Below are positions 1 to 8,305 of a stretch of DNA of 64,000 nt, piece after piece. How positions within the stretch are numbered: position 1 is the stretch's first letter; every line of letters begins with the position of its first letter. The DNA is from Promethearchaeota archaeon. Its GTDB lineage: Archaea; Asgardarchaeota; Lokiarchaeia; Sigyniarchaeales; SOKP01. Made by a program: the position numbers and the translations under genes. Under the pieces are notes generated by a model that worked only from the letters and a program-made list of their open reading frames with translations, was not told the DNA's origin and searched no databases. Where the stretch lies: the NCBI GenBank assembly GCA_048941285.1, contig JBHLNS010000005.1, forward strand, positions 66,169-130,168. Reading direction: 5' to 3'.

Positions 1-93
1 CCAAGCCGCAAAAATCAATACAAAAACGTTTAAAATAGCAATAGAAATATCTATATATTGAATAAAAGCTCTTCTTTTTATACCAGATGCCAA
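1..93 (-). CDS. 5' part of a putative membrane protein (runs off the window)
   Basis: TTG at 93-91, 7 nt after AGGTGA; reads MASGIKRRAFIQYIDISIAILNVFVLIFAAW (basic N-terminus then hydrophobic helix). Confidence 0.5.
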   Translation of the reverse strand, partial: MASGIKRRAFIQYIDISIAILNVFVLIFAAW

Positions 94-341
94 TTTTCAT
101 TCACCTACTATATACAATAAATTTCATAATAAAAATCTTTTGATTGAAATCCTAATTTTAAATACTTAAAAAAATATAAAATGTGTTTAAGTTTTTGAAA
201 GTTGTACTAATGAAAATAACTTTTGATAAAGAAATTGAGAAGATAGTTCGGGAGCTTGCTATATATACCCATTTAAAAACCTATATTTAAATTTGCCAAC
301 TCTATTAAATATTTATAATAACAATAACAGAGTTAAGGATT

Positions 342-571
342 ATGACAGAATATAAAAGAGCAAAATGTCCCCAATGTGGCAATGAGAACCCACGCAAGCT
401 TCATGAAGAACCGGATAAAAATAATGTGCTATACTACAGCATAGGTAAAGCTATTTCAGCATACCGCTGAGGCAGGGCACTCCGGTTTATGCAAAATTTA
501 AATTTACATAAAATTTAGAGGCAACATCCATGAAATGCGGGGATTGCGGGAGTCTGTTCAAGAAGAACTAA
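342..571 (+). CDS. Small zinc-ribbon protein (56 aa) split by two BHB introns; exons 342-442, 472-495, 526-571
   Basis: Spliced: MTEYKRAKCPQCGNENPRKLHEEPDKNNVLYYSMQGTPVYAKSMKCGDCGSLFKKN, with two CxxC knuckles. The unspliced frame stops at TGA 468-470. Confidence 0.85.
443..471 (+). other. 29-nt BHB intron 1 in the zinc-ribbon mRNA
   Basis: Central helix CAGC(437-440)/GCUG(466-469); bulges AU^A and AG^G; intron stem GGUA/UACC; exon stem GUGCU/GGCAC. Ligation creates AUG and restores the frame. Confidence 0.88.
496..525 (+). other. 30-nt BHB-like intron 2 in the zinc-ribbon mRNA
   Basis: Central helix UGCA(490-493)/GGCA(520-523), 3 of 4 paired; bulges AA^A and AC^A; 9-bp intron stem UUUAAAUUU/AAAUUUAGA; removes in-frame TAA 509-511. 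Confidence 0.78.
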
Positions 572-658
572 ATTGTAAAAGTTATAATTTAATTTTTTAT
601 TTTTATAATTTTTATGTTAGGTAGTTTCATTTATTATCCAATTTCATTATTTCTTATA

Positions 659-1885
659 TTAGATTAAAGATAAAACTATTTTATTTTGAGCTTTCAACAT
701 ATCTTCCATAATAAGTTCCATCGCATCTTTGATATCCGGATTATTATCAGGAATACTACGTTTAGCATTCACACTTGCCATAAGGACTTCATTTAGTCCA
801 CGTAAAATCATATCTGGGCTATACCAAGGTCTTTGTGAAGCCCACCATTGTTGACATGAGTGAATTCCGCGATCTAACAAATTTCTTGCGTTATCAAAGA
901 TCCTTTTCTTTTCATTATCCATTCCATCTCGATATTTTGATGCTAAATGAATTAAGGTGAGGGCATACATAAAAAATCTATGTTGTTCAATATGTATTTC
1001 ATTTTGCGGGTTGAACCATAATGGGAAAGGCACGTCAGTAGCAATGTCATATGGCATTGTTGACCAACTTGAATCACGTGGAATTTGAGTAAACCCTTTA
1101 GGAAATCTATCTACTATTTCTGATAAAGTAGATATTTTTATATCATGTCGATGAGGGAGTGCTTGAAACAATGGGATTAAAAAGTTACTTATTGCATGTT
1201 TAACATGGTGTCCAAAAGTTTCACCATCCATAGCTAGTATAACATAATAGTCTTGAGATGTTTGCTTGTAATATAGACGTTTAATAAATGAATCTATATT
1301 ATTAATTTTATCAAAAGCGCAGTCAATTGAAATATAATCATCCCTAAAAAGTAGCTTAAGTCCATTAGGATGGACTGATATATAATTCGTAGGAAATTCT
1401 GCGGATGTGTTAGCAATTCCACTCATAATTATCCAATCAAAACCAGCTTTTTTCACGATTTTGAATACTTCTTCAGATACAGCCATTTCAGGAGGAAAAA
1501 ATCCACGAGGATTATAAAGCTTCCCAAAGAAATGTCTATTAGTATCATTATTTAAAATTATTTGGCGCTTAACTTCGGGTTCTGGGATTAAAGGAAGCAG
1601 AGGATGAAACTTTCCAGACCCAGTAAATTCAATTTGTCCTTTAGAGGCTAAAGTAATAATTGCTCCAATTAAATCGTCATATCCAAAATCATGTAATTGT
1701 TCGGTTAATGTTCCATTAATGTTTAAAGTAATTTTCGCCAGAGGGTTATCCCTTAATGCATCGATTATTGGCTTATAGGATTCATTTACTATTTGTTTGA
1801 TTACTATTGGGATTTGAACTGGAGGTTGATAAATATGAAATAAAAAGGCAAAATAAACGACCATATAATAAATTAAAAAATCCAC
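659..1885 (-). CDS. Glycoside hydrolase family 57 protein
   Basis: HIYQP, FHPLLPLI, FFPPEMA and MDGETFGHH motifs; true start probably ATG at 1864. Confidence 0.85.
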   Translation of the reverse strand: MDFLIYYMVVYFAFLFHIYQPPVQIPIVIKQIVNESYKPIIDALRDNPLAKITLNINGTLTEQLHDFGYDDLIGAIITLASKGQIEFTGSGKFHPLLPLIPEPEVKRQIILNNDTNRHFFGKLYNPRGFFPPEMAVSEEVFKIVKKAGFDWIIMSGIANTSAEFPTNYISVHPNGLKLLFRDDYISIDCAFDKINNIDSFIKRLYYKQTSQDYYVILAMDGETFGHHVKHAISNFLIPLFQALPHRHDIKISTLSEIVDRFPKGFTQIPRDSSWSTMPYDIATDVPFPLWFNPQNEIHIEQHRFFMYALTLIHLASKYRDGMDNEKKRIFDNARNLLDRGIHSCQQWWASQRPWYSPDMILRGLNEVLMASVNAKRSIPDNNPDIKDAMELIMEDMLKAQNKIVLSLI

Positions 1886-1927
1886 TTTTTTTAATCTTCA
1901 TAATTCTTACGCGTAATGATCATAAAA

Positions 1928-2674
1928 TTATTTTAAAATTAGATCATAGATTTCTCTCATCCTTTCGACACTAATTTGCCCTTCTGCTGTCTTTTCTTCT
2001 AAGAAAGCATAAGTCAAATGAGAACCTACAATAATACAATTAATTCTAGAGAAAATCCCTAATTCTCCCATACAGAATGAGATAATTCTTTTATTAGAAC
2101 TAGAGAATTCTTTACATAGTCTCAAAGGAATTAGATTATCGTCAAAGGTTTGAGCCGTAAAAACAATTTTATAGATGCTGTCTCTAATTAAATTTAGATC
2201 TAGGTTTAACTCTTGAGTCAGCTTTTTATTGAAATTGTCTATATATTTTGTTGTTTCATCAAAGGATAATGTCCTTTCGAAATTGTGGTATGAAAAAATC
2301 AATTTAACTCCGTTTTGATAAGCCAAATTGATTATTTCAACTAAAAATTTGTCTTCAGTATTCATTTCAAAGTCAACATAATTAGGTCTAGCAAAAATAA
2401 ACATTTTATAAATTTTGAATCGATCGTCTTGTTTTAATTGAATTTGACCTCCTTCAGATATATTTCTGAGGGTAAAGATAACTGAAGCATGGGGGTGAAT
2501 TATAATCAATAAATTTCTTATGAACTCCATTGAAATGCTTTCAATATTTTGAATATAATCAAATCTCAATTCAATTAGATTAACTTTTGATTTTATTGCT
2601 TTATCAATTACTGGTTTCAGTTCTTTAATACTTGAATATCTAATTGGAATTGGAATACATAGATTATATTTCAT
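1928..2674 (-). CDS. aroD: Type I 3-dehydroquinate dehydratase
   Basis: IELRFD, IFTLRxxxEGG, SYHNF, FCMGELGIFSR, TAEGQ. Confidence 0.9.
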   Translation of the reverse strand: MKYNLCIPIPIRYSSIKELKPVIDKAIKSKVNLIELRFDYIQNIESISMEFIRNLLIIIHPHASVIFTLRNISEGGQIQLKQDDRFKIYKMFIFARPNYVDFEMNTEDKFLVEIINLAYQNGVKLIFSYHNFERTLSFDETTKYIDNFNKKLTQELNLDLNLIRDSIYKIVFTAQTFDDNLIPLRLCKEFSSSNKRIISFCMGELGIFSRINCIIVGSHLTYAFLEEKTAEGQISVERMREIYDLILK

Positions 2675-2700
2675 GATTTAGAATAAATAAAAAAGAAATT

Positions 2701-3345
2701 TTATATTCCTATTATTTTTTTTATATCATCATTTGTAAAACTCAATGTATCTTTAGCATCAACTTTTTTCAGTTTTCCTCTTTTTTTATAATATTTAATG
2801 ATTGGTTTGGCATTTTTTTCATAAGCGTCTAATCTACTTTTTAGTGTTTCTTCATTGTCATCACTTCTTTGTTCAAATTTAATCTCAGCACCACATTTAT
2901 CACAAATACCTTCAACTCTAGTGGGGAGAGTATATTTGTTATAGATTTCTCCACAGTTCTTACAGCTAAATCGACCTAAAATTCTTTTAAATATAATATC
3001 TCTAGACACATGTAATAATAGAAGCAAATCTATTTCTGTTATATCTGATAATGCTTCGGCTTGATGTAATGTTCGAGGAAATCCATCAAGGATAAATCCA
3101 TTTTTTTTAACATCTTCTTTATTCAATCTATCCCGTACCATTTCTATAGTTACGTCATCAGGGACTAATTCTCCCTTATCCATATAACTTTTTGCTTTCA
3201 TTCCCAAAGTCGTTTCGCTTTTTAAATTTTCTCGAAATATATCTCCAGTACTAATATGTACAATTTCTGGTACTACTTTTTTTATCTGCCCTGAAAAAGT
3301 GCCTTTTCCTGCTCCTGGTGGGCCAAATAAGATTAATTTTTTCAT
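2701..3345 (-). CDS. adk: Adenylate kinase, bacterial/eukaryote type with zinc-binding LID
   Basis: GPPGAGKGT, HISTGDIFR, LDGFPRT, CxxC...CxxC LID, RSDD. Confidence 0.95.
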   Translation of the reverse strand: MKKLILFGPPGAGKGTFSGQIKKVVPEIVHISTGDIFRENLKSETTLGMKAKSYMDKGELVPDDVTIEMVRDRLNKEDVKKNGFILDGFPRTLHQAEALSDITEIDLLLLLHVSRDIIFKRILGRFSCKNCGEIYNKYTLPTRVEGICDKCGAEIKFEQRSDDNEETLKSRLDAYEKNAKPIIKYYKKRGKLKKVDAKDTLSFTNDDIKKIIGI

Positions 3346-3428
3346 GATTATTCAAAGTTTTTTTTATTTGTAGATAAGTTAATAGGACATTAGTTAAAAT
3401 CATTTTGTCCCACAGTATTTTAATATTT

Positions 3429-4016
3429 CTATCCTGTAAAAAGTGAATATTCTATTTTTTTAGTTAAATAGTCAACTATTCTCTTTTCTCTTAAGCCAAA
3501 TACGTTGGAAAAATCGTTTTTTATAGAAGAACCATAGTAAGAATTACCAAAAAATGTTTTTGATCTCTTTATTGATTCTAATAGTAGTTTTTTATTTCCT
3601 ATGTGAAGATAAATTGATATATCATTAATAATTAAAATCTTTGTTGGATTTTCAGTAAAAATTTTTAATACTTTAAAAGTTTTTTTAAAATTATTACAAG
3701 CAATTTCATAAAGTTCTTTTTTATTTCGTGCTTTAAGTCGAGGGGGAATAATTCCTCCTTCAAGAGATATATTATTACAAATAATAGAATTTTCGTAGAA
3801 ATCTATTATCTTACCTCCAATTTTAACATTATTAATTAGTTCTTTTACAGGGGCAAAATCTAGAATACTTATTTCCTTTGGGTTGAATTTTTTTGTTTCT
3901 ATGAGAAATTGGACAAATTTAGCAGTATAATATGTCTTTTTTGTATCAGTTTCTCCATATAAGAGAGTCTTACTACCAATAAAATTTTCAAAGCTAAAAT
4001 TATTTTGAGATAACAT
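3429..4016 (-). CDS. Hypothetical P-loop-like protein with degenerate Walker A
   Basis: LLYGETDTKKT and LIINDISIYL Walker-like motifs. Confidence 0.55.
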   Translation of the reverse strand: MLSQNNFSFENFIGSKTLLYGETDTKKTYYTAKFVQFLIETKKFNPKEISILDFAPVKELINNVKIGGKIIDFYENSIICNNISLEGGIIPPRLKARNKKELYEIACNNFKKTFKVLKIFTENPTKILIINDISIYLHIGNKKLLLESIKRSKTFFGNSYYGSSIKNDFSNVFGLREKRIVDYLTKKIEYSLFTG

Positions 4017-4028
4017 AAGTTAATTAAA

Positions 4029-4598
4029 TTATTTTTGAAAGAAATCTTTCCATGAAATCCCTTGATGTTTCAATAATTTTAACATTAGAAATCCTAAAAT
4101 AGATCCAGGTATACTAGCAGCAGCGAATACTCCCCACCAGTAAAATAGAGTGACTGGTGAAATAAAATTGGCGATAGTTGCTGCGATAAATACAGTGCCT
4201 ATGGGATCTGTTAAGGCGGCATATTCCACGTATTGGGGCTTTTTTTTTCGCAAAATATAGGCTGTGATTCCAACGATAAAAGCACCTGAAATACCTCCAT
4301 GAAAAGCATGGATTGAGCCAATTCCTAGAGGATATCTAAAAATTGCGATACCTAGGGAAGTTGTGCAAGCAAATGATACCCCTATTAGAACTCCCGTCAT
4401 TCCATTAATAAAATGGGCCATGGGAAAAATTTTTGGACCTCCTAAAATCTCAACAAATGCAAAGGGATTGAAAAGGGCTAAAACAATGCCAATACATATA
4501 AAAATAGCACTTGTGGCTACCCTTTTCGTAAGGTTAGCTTGAATTAAATATTTCTCTTTTTCTTCACTAAGTTTTAAGTCAGAATTTGATTCATTCAT
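4029..4598 (-). CDS. thiW: ECF transporter S component, ThiW family
   Basis: FPMAHFIN, GSIHAFHGG, DPIGT; multi-pass membrane protein. Confidence 0.8.
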   Translation of the reverse strand: MNESNSDLKLSEEKEKYLIQANLTKRVATSAIFICIGIVLALFNPFAFVEILGGPKIFPMAHFINGMTGVLIGVSFACTTSLGIAIFRYPLGIGSIHAFHGGISGAFIVGITAYILRKKKPQYVEYAALTDPIGTVFIAATIANFISPVTLFYWWGVFAAASIPGSILGFLMLKLLKHQGISWKDFFQK

Positions 4599-4702
4599 TT
4601 TTTTAGATTCTTTAAGATATCTATTTTAATATTTAGGTTACAATAATCTGAAAGATAAATTTCTTTAAAGTTTAATCATATTTTAAATTAATTTATAAAT
4701 CA

Positions 4703-5395
4703 TTGATAAGAAAGATAAAGACTATGAAGCTTGGAGATAATAGTATAGAACCAACAAAAATTTTATGTTTAGGGCGTAATTATTTGGAACATGCAAAGGA
4801 AATGAAAGCAATGATTCCAAAGGAGCCAGTATTTTTTGTCAAAACGTTAAATACATTAGTAACTGATGGGAATCCGATAATATACCCGAAAATATTGTAC
4901 GAGAATCAAGAGTACAATCAAGTAGATCATGAAGTAGAATTGGCATTTATAATATCTCAGACTTGTAAAAATATTCAAGCTGAGAACGCCTATAAATATA
5001 TCGAAGGTTATACAATTTTTCTTGACATTACTGCTAGAAAAATGCAGATAAGTGATAGAAGTATTAATTTACCATGGTATAGAAGCAAAAATTTCGATAC
5101 TTTTGGACCTATTGGCCCAAGAATAACTCCTTGTGCCAACATAGTAGATCCTCATAATTTAGAAATTCAATTAATGATCAATGGAAATATTCGTCAAAAA
5201 TCAAATACAAAAAATATGATCTTCAAAATCCCTAAAATCTTAGCATTTCTATCTAAATTTATTACTTTGGTTCCCGGGGATATTATCGCAACAGGTACTC
5301 CAAGTGGAGTTGGACCTATCCAACCAGGAGATATTATTGAAGCTTCTATAGAAAAAATAGGAAAAATTATACATAGCGTTATTCTGGAAGAATAA
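4703..5395 (+). CDS. Fumarylacetoacetate hydrolase family protein
   Basis: LGRNYLEH, DHEVEL, SKNFDTFGPIGP, GDIIATGTPSGVG. Confidence 0.92.
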   Translation: MIRKIKTMKLGDNSIEPTKILCLGRNYLEHAKEMKAMIPKEPVFFVKTLNTLVTDGNPIIYPKILYENQEYNQVDHEVELAFIISQTCKNIQAENAYKYIEGYTIFLDITARKMQISDRSINLPWYRSKNFDTFGPIGPRITPCANIVDPHNLEIQLMINGNIRQKSNTKNMIFKIPKILAFLSKFITLVPGDIIATGTPSGVGPIQPGDIIEASIEKIGKIIHSVILEE

Positions 5396-5573
5396 TTTGA
5401 AGCACATATTGTTTAAATTAGTTTAATTCTAATTTGGCATTATTTTCTGTTGATAAAAATAAGAAAATAATACCAAAAAGTGCATTAATAGCTTCTGAAT
5501 CCTATAAAATTATTGATGAAATCATAAAATTCGCGACTTAAAATTTATTAAGAAAAATCAATACTAAAACATA

Positions 5574-5759
5574 ATGAATATAGAAGTTAGTGAAGATACT
5601 AAGAAAAAAATCTGTGAATTGATCTCGATACCTGGGATTGAAATCGAGGAAATTGTTAAAAAAGTAAATTTAGATTATGATACCATAATAGAGATTTTAT
5701 CTGAGGAGTATTTTAGATGTAATCTCGACCATGGACGCAGACTTTGTTGTAGATTTTAA
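5574..5759 (+). CDS. Small hypothetical helical (HTH-like) protein ending in CCRF
   Basis: 61-aa ATG ORF with protein-like composition. Confidence 0.55.
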   Translation: MNIEVSEDTKKKICELISIPGIEIEEIVKKVNLDYDTIIEILSEEYFRCNLDHGRRLCCRF

Positions 5760-5920
5760 AATCATCCTTTTTCTCCCACATGAACTTGGAGGAATGACAT
5801 AATTAGATTATCAAATAGTTTTAAACATATAAGGATATGATATTTTGTTTTAGATATTACATATGAATGATTTTAATAAAATTTTTTAATATTGTTATAT
5901 TCTAAATCACACTAAGTTTA

Positions 5921-6031
5921 AAATATATTTTTCTAAGAAACTTAGGACGCAAATTAAAGCGGTTTCAATATATAATAGATATTGAATAAGTAATTCACGA
6001 TAATTACGCGTTCTTGATCTTAGGAATATTT
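5921..6031 (+). promoter_or_regulatory. Putative structured 5' leader of the rpl11-rpl1-rpl10-rpl12 operon
   Basis: Closing stems UUCUAAGA/UCUUAGGA and AGGACGC/GCGUUCU; internal hairpins UUCAAUAU/AUAUUGAA and GUAAUU/AAUUAC. Confidence 0.45.
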
Positions 6032-6069
6032 TTTAAATTATAATGAGAAAAATAAAACGGTGAGTTTAT

Positions 6070-6600
6070 GTGAGTGAAAAAGGAAAAATAATTGTAAAGG
6101 CCCTTGTGACAGGTGGGAGAGTATAAATTATCAATCACATCGATTAAGCCCCGAATGCGTCAGGAGGACCTCCTATTGGCCCAGCTGTTGGCCCGACAGG
6201 GATAAATATTAAAGATGTAGTTGATGAGATCAACAAGCAAACTACTGTCTTTAAGGGACTAACGGTACCAGTTAGAATTGAATGTGACGCAGAAACAAAA
6301 CAGTTTGAAATTTTTATTGAAACACCATCTACAGCATCACTTTTACTTAAAGAAGTTGGTGCCGAAAAAGGAAGTTCTGCTGCTTCAGAACAAAAAATTG
6401 GTAATTTAACGCTTGAACAAATTCAAAACGTTGTTGATGGTAAAAAAGAGAAATTTTTAGAAAAGACTTATAAAGCTGCTATAAAATCAGTGTTAGGAAC
6501 AGCATTATCTGTAGGTTTAACAGTTGAAGGAGAAGATCCTAGAATCATCCAAAAAAGAATTGAAAATGGAGAATACGATGATAAAATAAGAGGTGAATAA
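6070..6600 (+). CDS. rpl11: 50S ribosomal protein uL11, interrupted by a 36-nt BHB intron; exons 6070-6119 and 6156-6600
   Basis: Spliced [46 protein letters not shown]...TPSTASLLLKE...GTALSVG (164 aa), in the canonical position before rpl1-rpl10-rpl12; unspliced frame has TAA at 6124 and 6145. Confidence 0.93.
6120..6155 (+). other. 36-nt BHB-type intron in rpl11 mRNA
   Basis: Central helix UGGG(6114-6117)/CCCG(6150-6153); bulges AG^A and AA^U; h' GU/GC; distal exon stem UGAC/GUCA. Boundaries could shift by 1-3 nt. Confidence 0.82.
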
Positions 6601-6606
6601 TAGAAT

Positions 6607-7335
6607 TTGAAAGTAGATGATAAATTGTTAAAAAAATCACTAAACGCTGCTATAGATTTTTCTATAGTCAAAAAAAAGGGTTTTAAAGATAAAATAAGAA
6701 AATTTGATGAATCTATTGATCTTATTATAAATATTAAAGATGTTAATTTAAATGATCCAAAAAACCGTATCGATAAGGAAATTATTTTATCGAATGAAAT
6801 CATTGCAAATGATAAACCGAATATATGTGTGATTGCTTCTGACGAAATATTATTAGAAGCAAAAAAATTAGGGCTTGAAACAATCGATTCAGATGGTTTG
6901 GTAAAATTAAATAATGAGGAGAAAAAATATAAGAAAAAATTTGCGAAGAAATATGATTATTTTGTTGTAGAAGATAAAATGATGAGAGATGTGGCTCGAT
7001 ATTTAGCAAGATTTCTTGGACCTGTTGGTAAAATGCCAAAACCTTTCCCTACAGGATATGGTATTATTTCTAGTACAGAAGATTTAAAAACTGCTTACGA
7101 ACGATATAAGAAAATTATTAGGATTCAAATGAAAAAACAACCTATTATCTTCGTTAAAATTGGGAAAAAATCGATGAACAAGGACAAATTGTTTGAAAAT
7201 ATGAAGACTGTAGTAAATTTTATAGCAGAACAAATGCCTCATAGGTTCAATAATTTTAAATCAATGTATCTTAAATCTACAATGGGGAAACCTGTTAAAG
7301 TAACAGAAGAATTCCTGAAAACTATTGAGGTGTGA
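6607..7335 (+). CDS. rpl1: 50S ribosomal protein uL1
   Basis: RKFDESIDL, LGPVGKMPKP, KSTMGKP; operon context. Confidence 0.95.
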   Translation: MKVDDKLLKKSLNAAIDFSIVKKKGFKDKIRKFDESIDLIINIKDVNLNDPKNRIDKEIILSNEIIANDKPNICVIASDEILLEAKKLGLETIDSDGLVKLNNEEKKYKKKFAKKYDYFVVEDKMMRDVARYLARFLGPVGKMPKPFPTGYGIISSTEDLKTAYERYKKIIRIQMKKQPIIFVKIGKKSMNKDKLFENMKTVVNFIAEQMPHRFNNFKSMYLKSTMGKPVKVTEEFLKTIEV

Positions 7336-7339
7336 AGTA

Positions 7340-8236
7340 ATGATCAAAAATAAACATATACCCAAATGGAAAATAAATGAAATTAATAAATTAGTTGATT
7401 TGTTTAGAAATTACAAAAATGTTGTTGTTATTGAAGTTGCTCATATTAATGATATGCAAATTCAGACTATGCGTAAAATATTAAGAGGAAAAGCCGTATT
7501 TAGAATGTCTAAAAAATCCCTTCAGGTCCGTGCTATAGATGAATATAAAAGTGAAACCAAAAAGAAAAATTTGGATCAATTAGCAGATCACATCCCCGGT
7601 CAATCAAGTCTAGTTTTTACTAATCTTGACATTTTTGAATTAAAAAATATATTTTTAGAAAACGAGTGGATGGTTCCTGCCAAACCTAATGAAATCACTC
7701 CAGTAGATATCTGGGTTCCTGCTGGAGACACTGGATTACCAACGGGACAAGTTATTAGTGAACTAAATATGACACTACGTTTACCTACTAGAATTATGAA
7801 TGATACTATATATATTCGAGAAGATACAAGAACACACAAAGCGGGTGATGTAGTGGATGTAAAGCAAGCAGCGGTGTTGAAAAAATTAGGAATTACACCA
7901 ATAGAATCTTTGATTAAAATCCATTTTGCCTGGAGTGATGGAGAAATTATCCCCGAGGAAATATTATACATGAATATAGATCAATTTAATCAAGATTTTG
8001 CAAAGGCTTATAGAGAATCACTTGCAATTTTATTCGAAATGCCGTTCCTCGTTGAAGAAATGACAGAAGATTATGTTCAAAAAGCGGCTTCTGAAGCTAA
8101 CATATTGAATTCTATCATTTTCGGGGAAGGACTTAAGGTACCAAAAAAAGAAGAACCCCTTAAAGAAGAAGAAAAAGAACCTGAAGAAAAAGAAGAAGAA
8201 TCAGAAAGTGTGGGGATTGGTGGATTATTTGGATAA
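7340..8236 (+). CDS. rpl10: 50S ribosomal protein uL10 (P0)
   Basis: IPKWK, VPAGDTG, acidic tail ending GIGGLFG; ATG at 7340 after GAGGTG. Confidence 0.95.
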   Translation: MIKNKHIPKWKINEINKLVDLFRNYKNVVVIEVAHINDMQIQTMRKILRGKAVFRMSKKSLQVRAIDEYKSETKKKNLDQLADHIPGQSSLVFTNLDIFELKNIFLENEWMVPAKPNEITPVDIWVPAGDTGLPTGQVISELNMTLRLPTRIMNDTIYIREDTRTHKAGDVVDVKQAAVLKKLGITPIESLIKIHFAWSDGEIIPEEILYMNIDQFNQDFAKAYRESLAILFEMPFLVEEMTEDYVQKAASEANILNSIIFGEGLKVPKKEEPLKEEEKEPEEKEEESESVGIGGLFG

Positions 8237-8305
8237 AAAATTAACAATTTTTTGAAATAAAAAAAAATTTATAAAAATAATGATTAAAAAAAGAGGTTAG
8301 ATAAA

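Noticed and set aside
210-355. Short ATG ORF upstream of the zinc-ribbon gene
   Set aside because: No motif or clear SD, and it runs through the likely AT-rich promoter
468-470. In-frame TGA in the zinc-ribbon gene read as selenocysteine
   Set aside because: The downstream coding region is in another frame, the TGA lies inside the BHB intron, and no SECIS was seen
6070-6155. rpl11 as a pseudogene or stop-readthrough case
   Set aside because: Both stops are TAA inside a discrete 36-nt insert, and the rest of the gene and operon is intact
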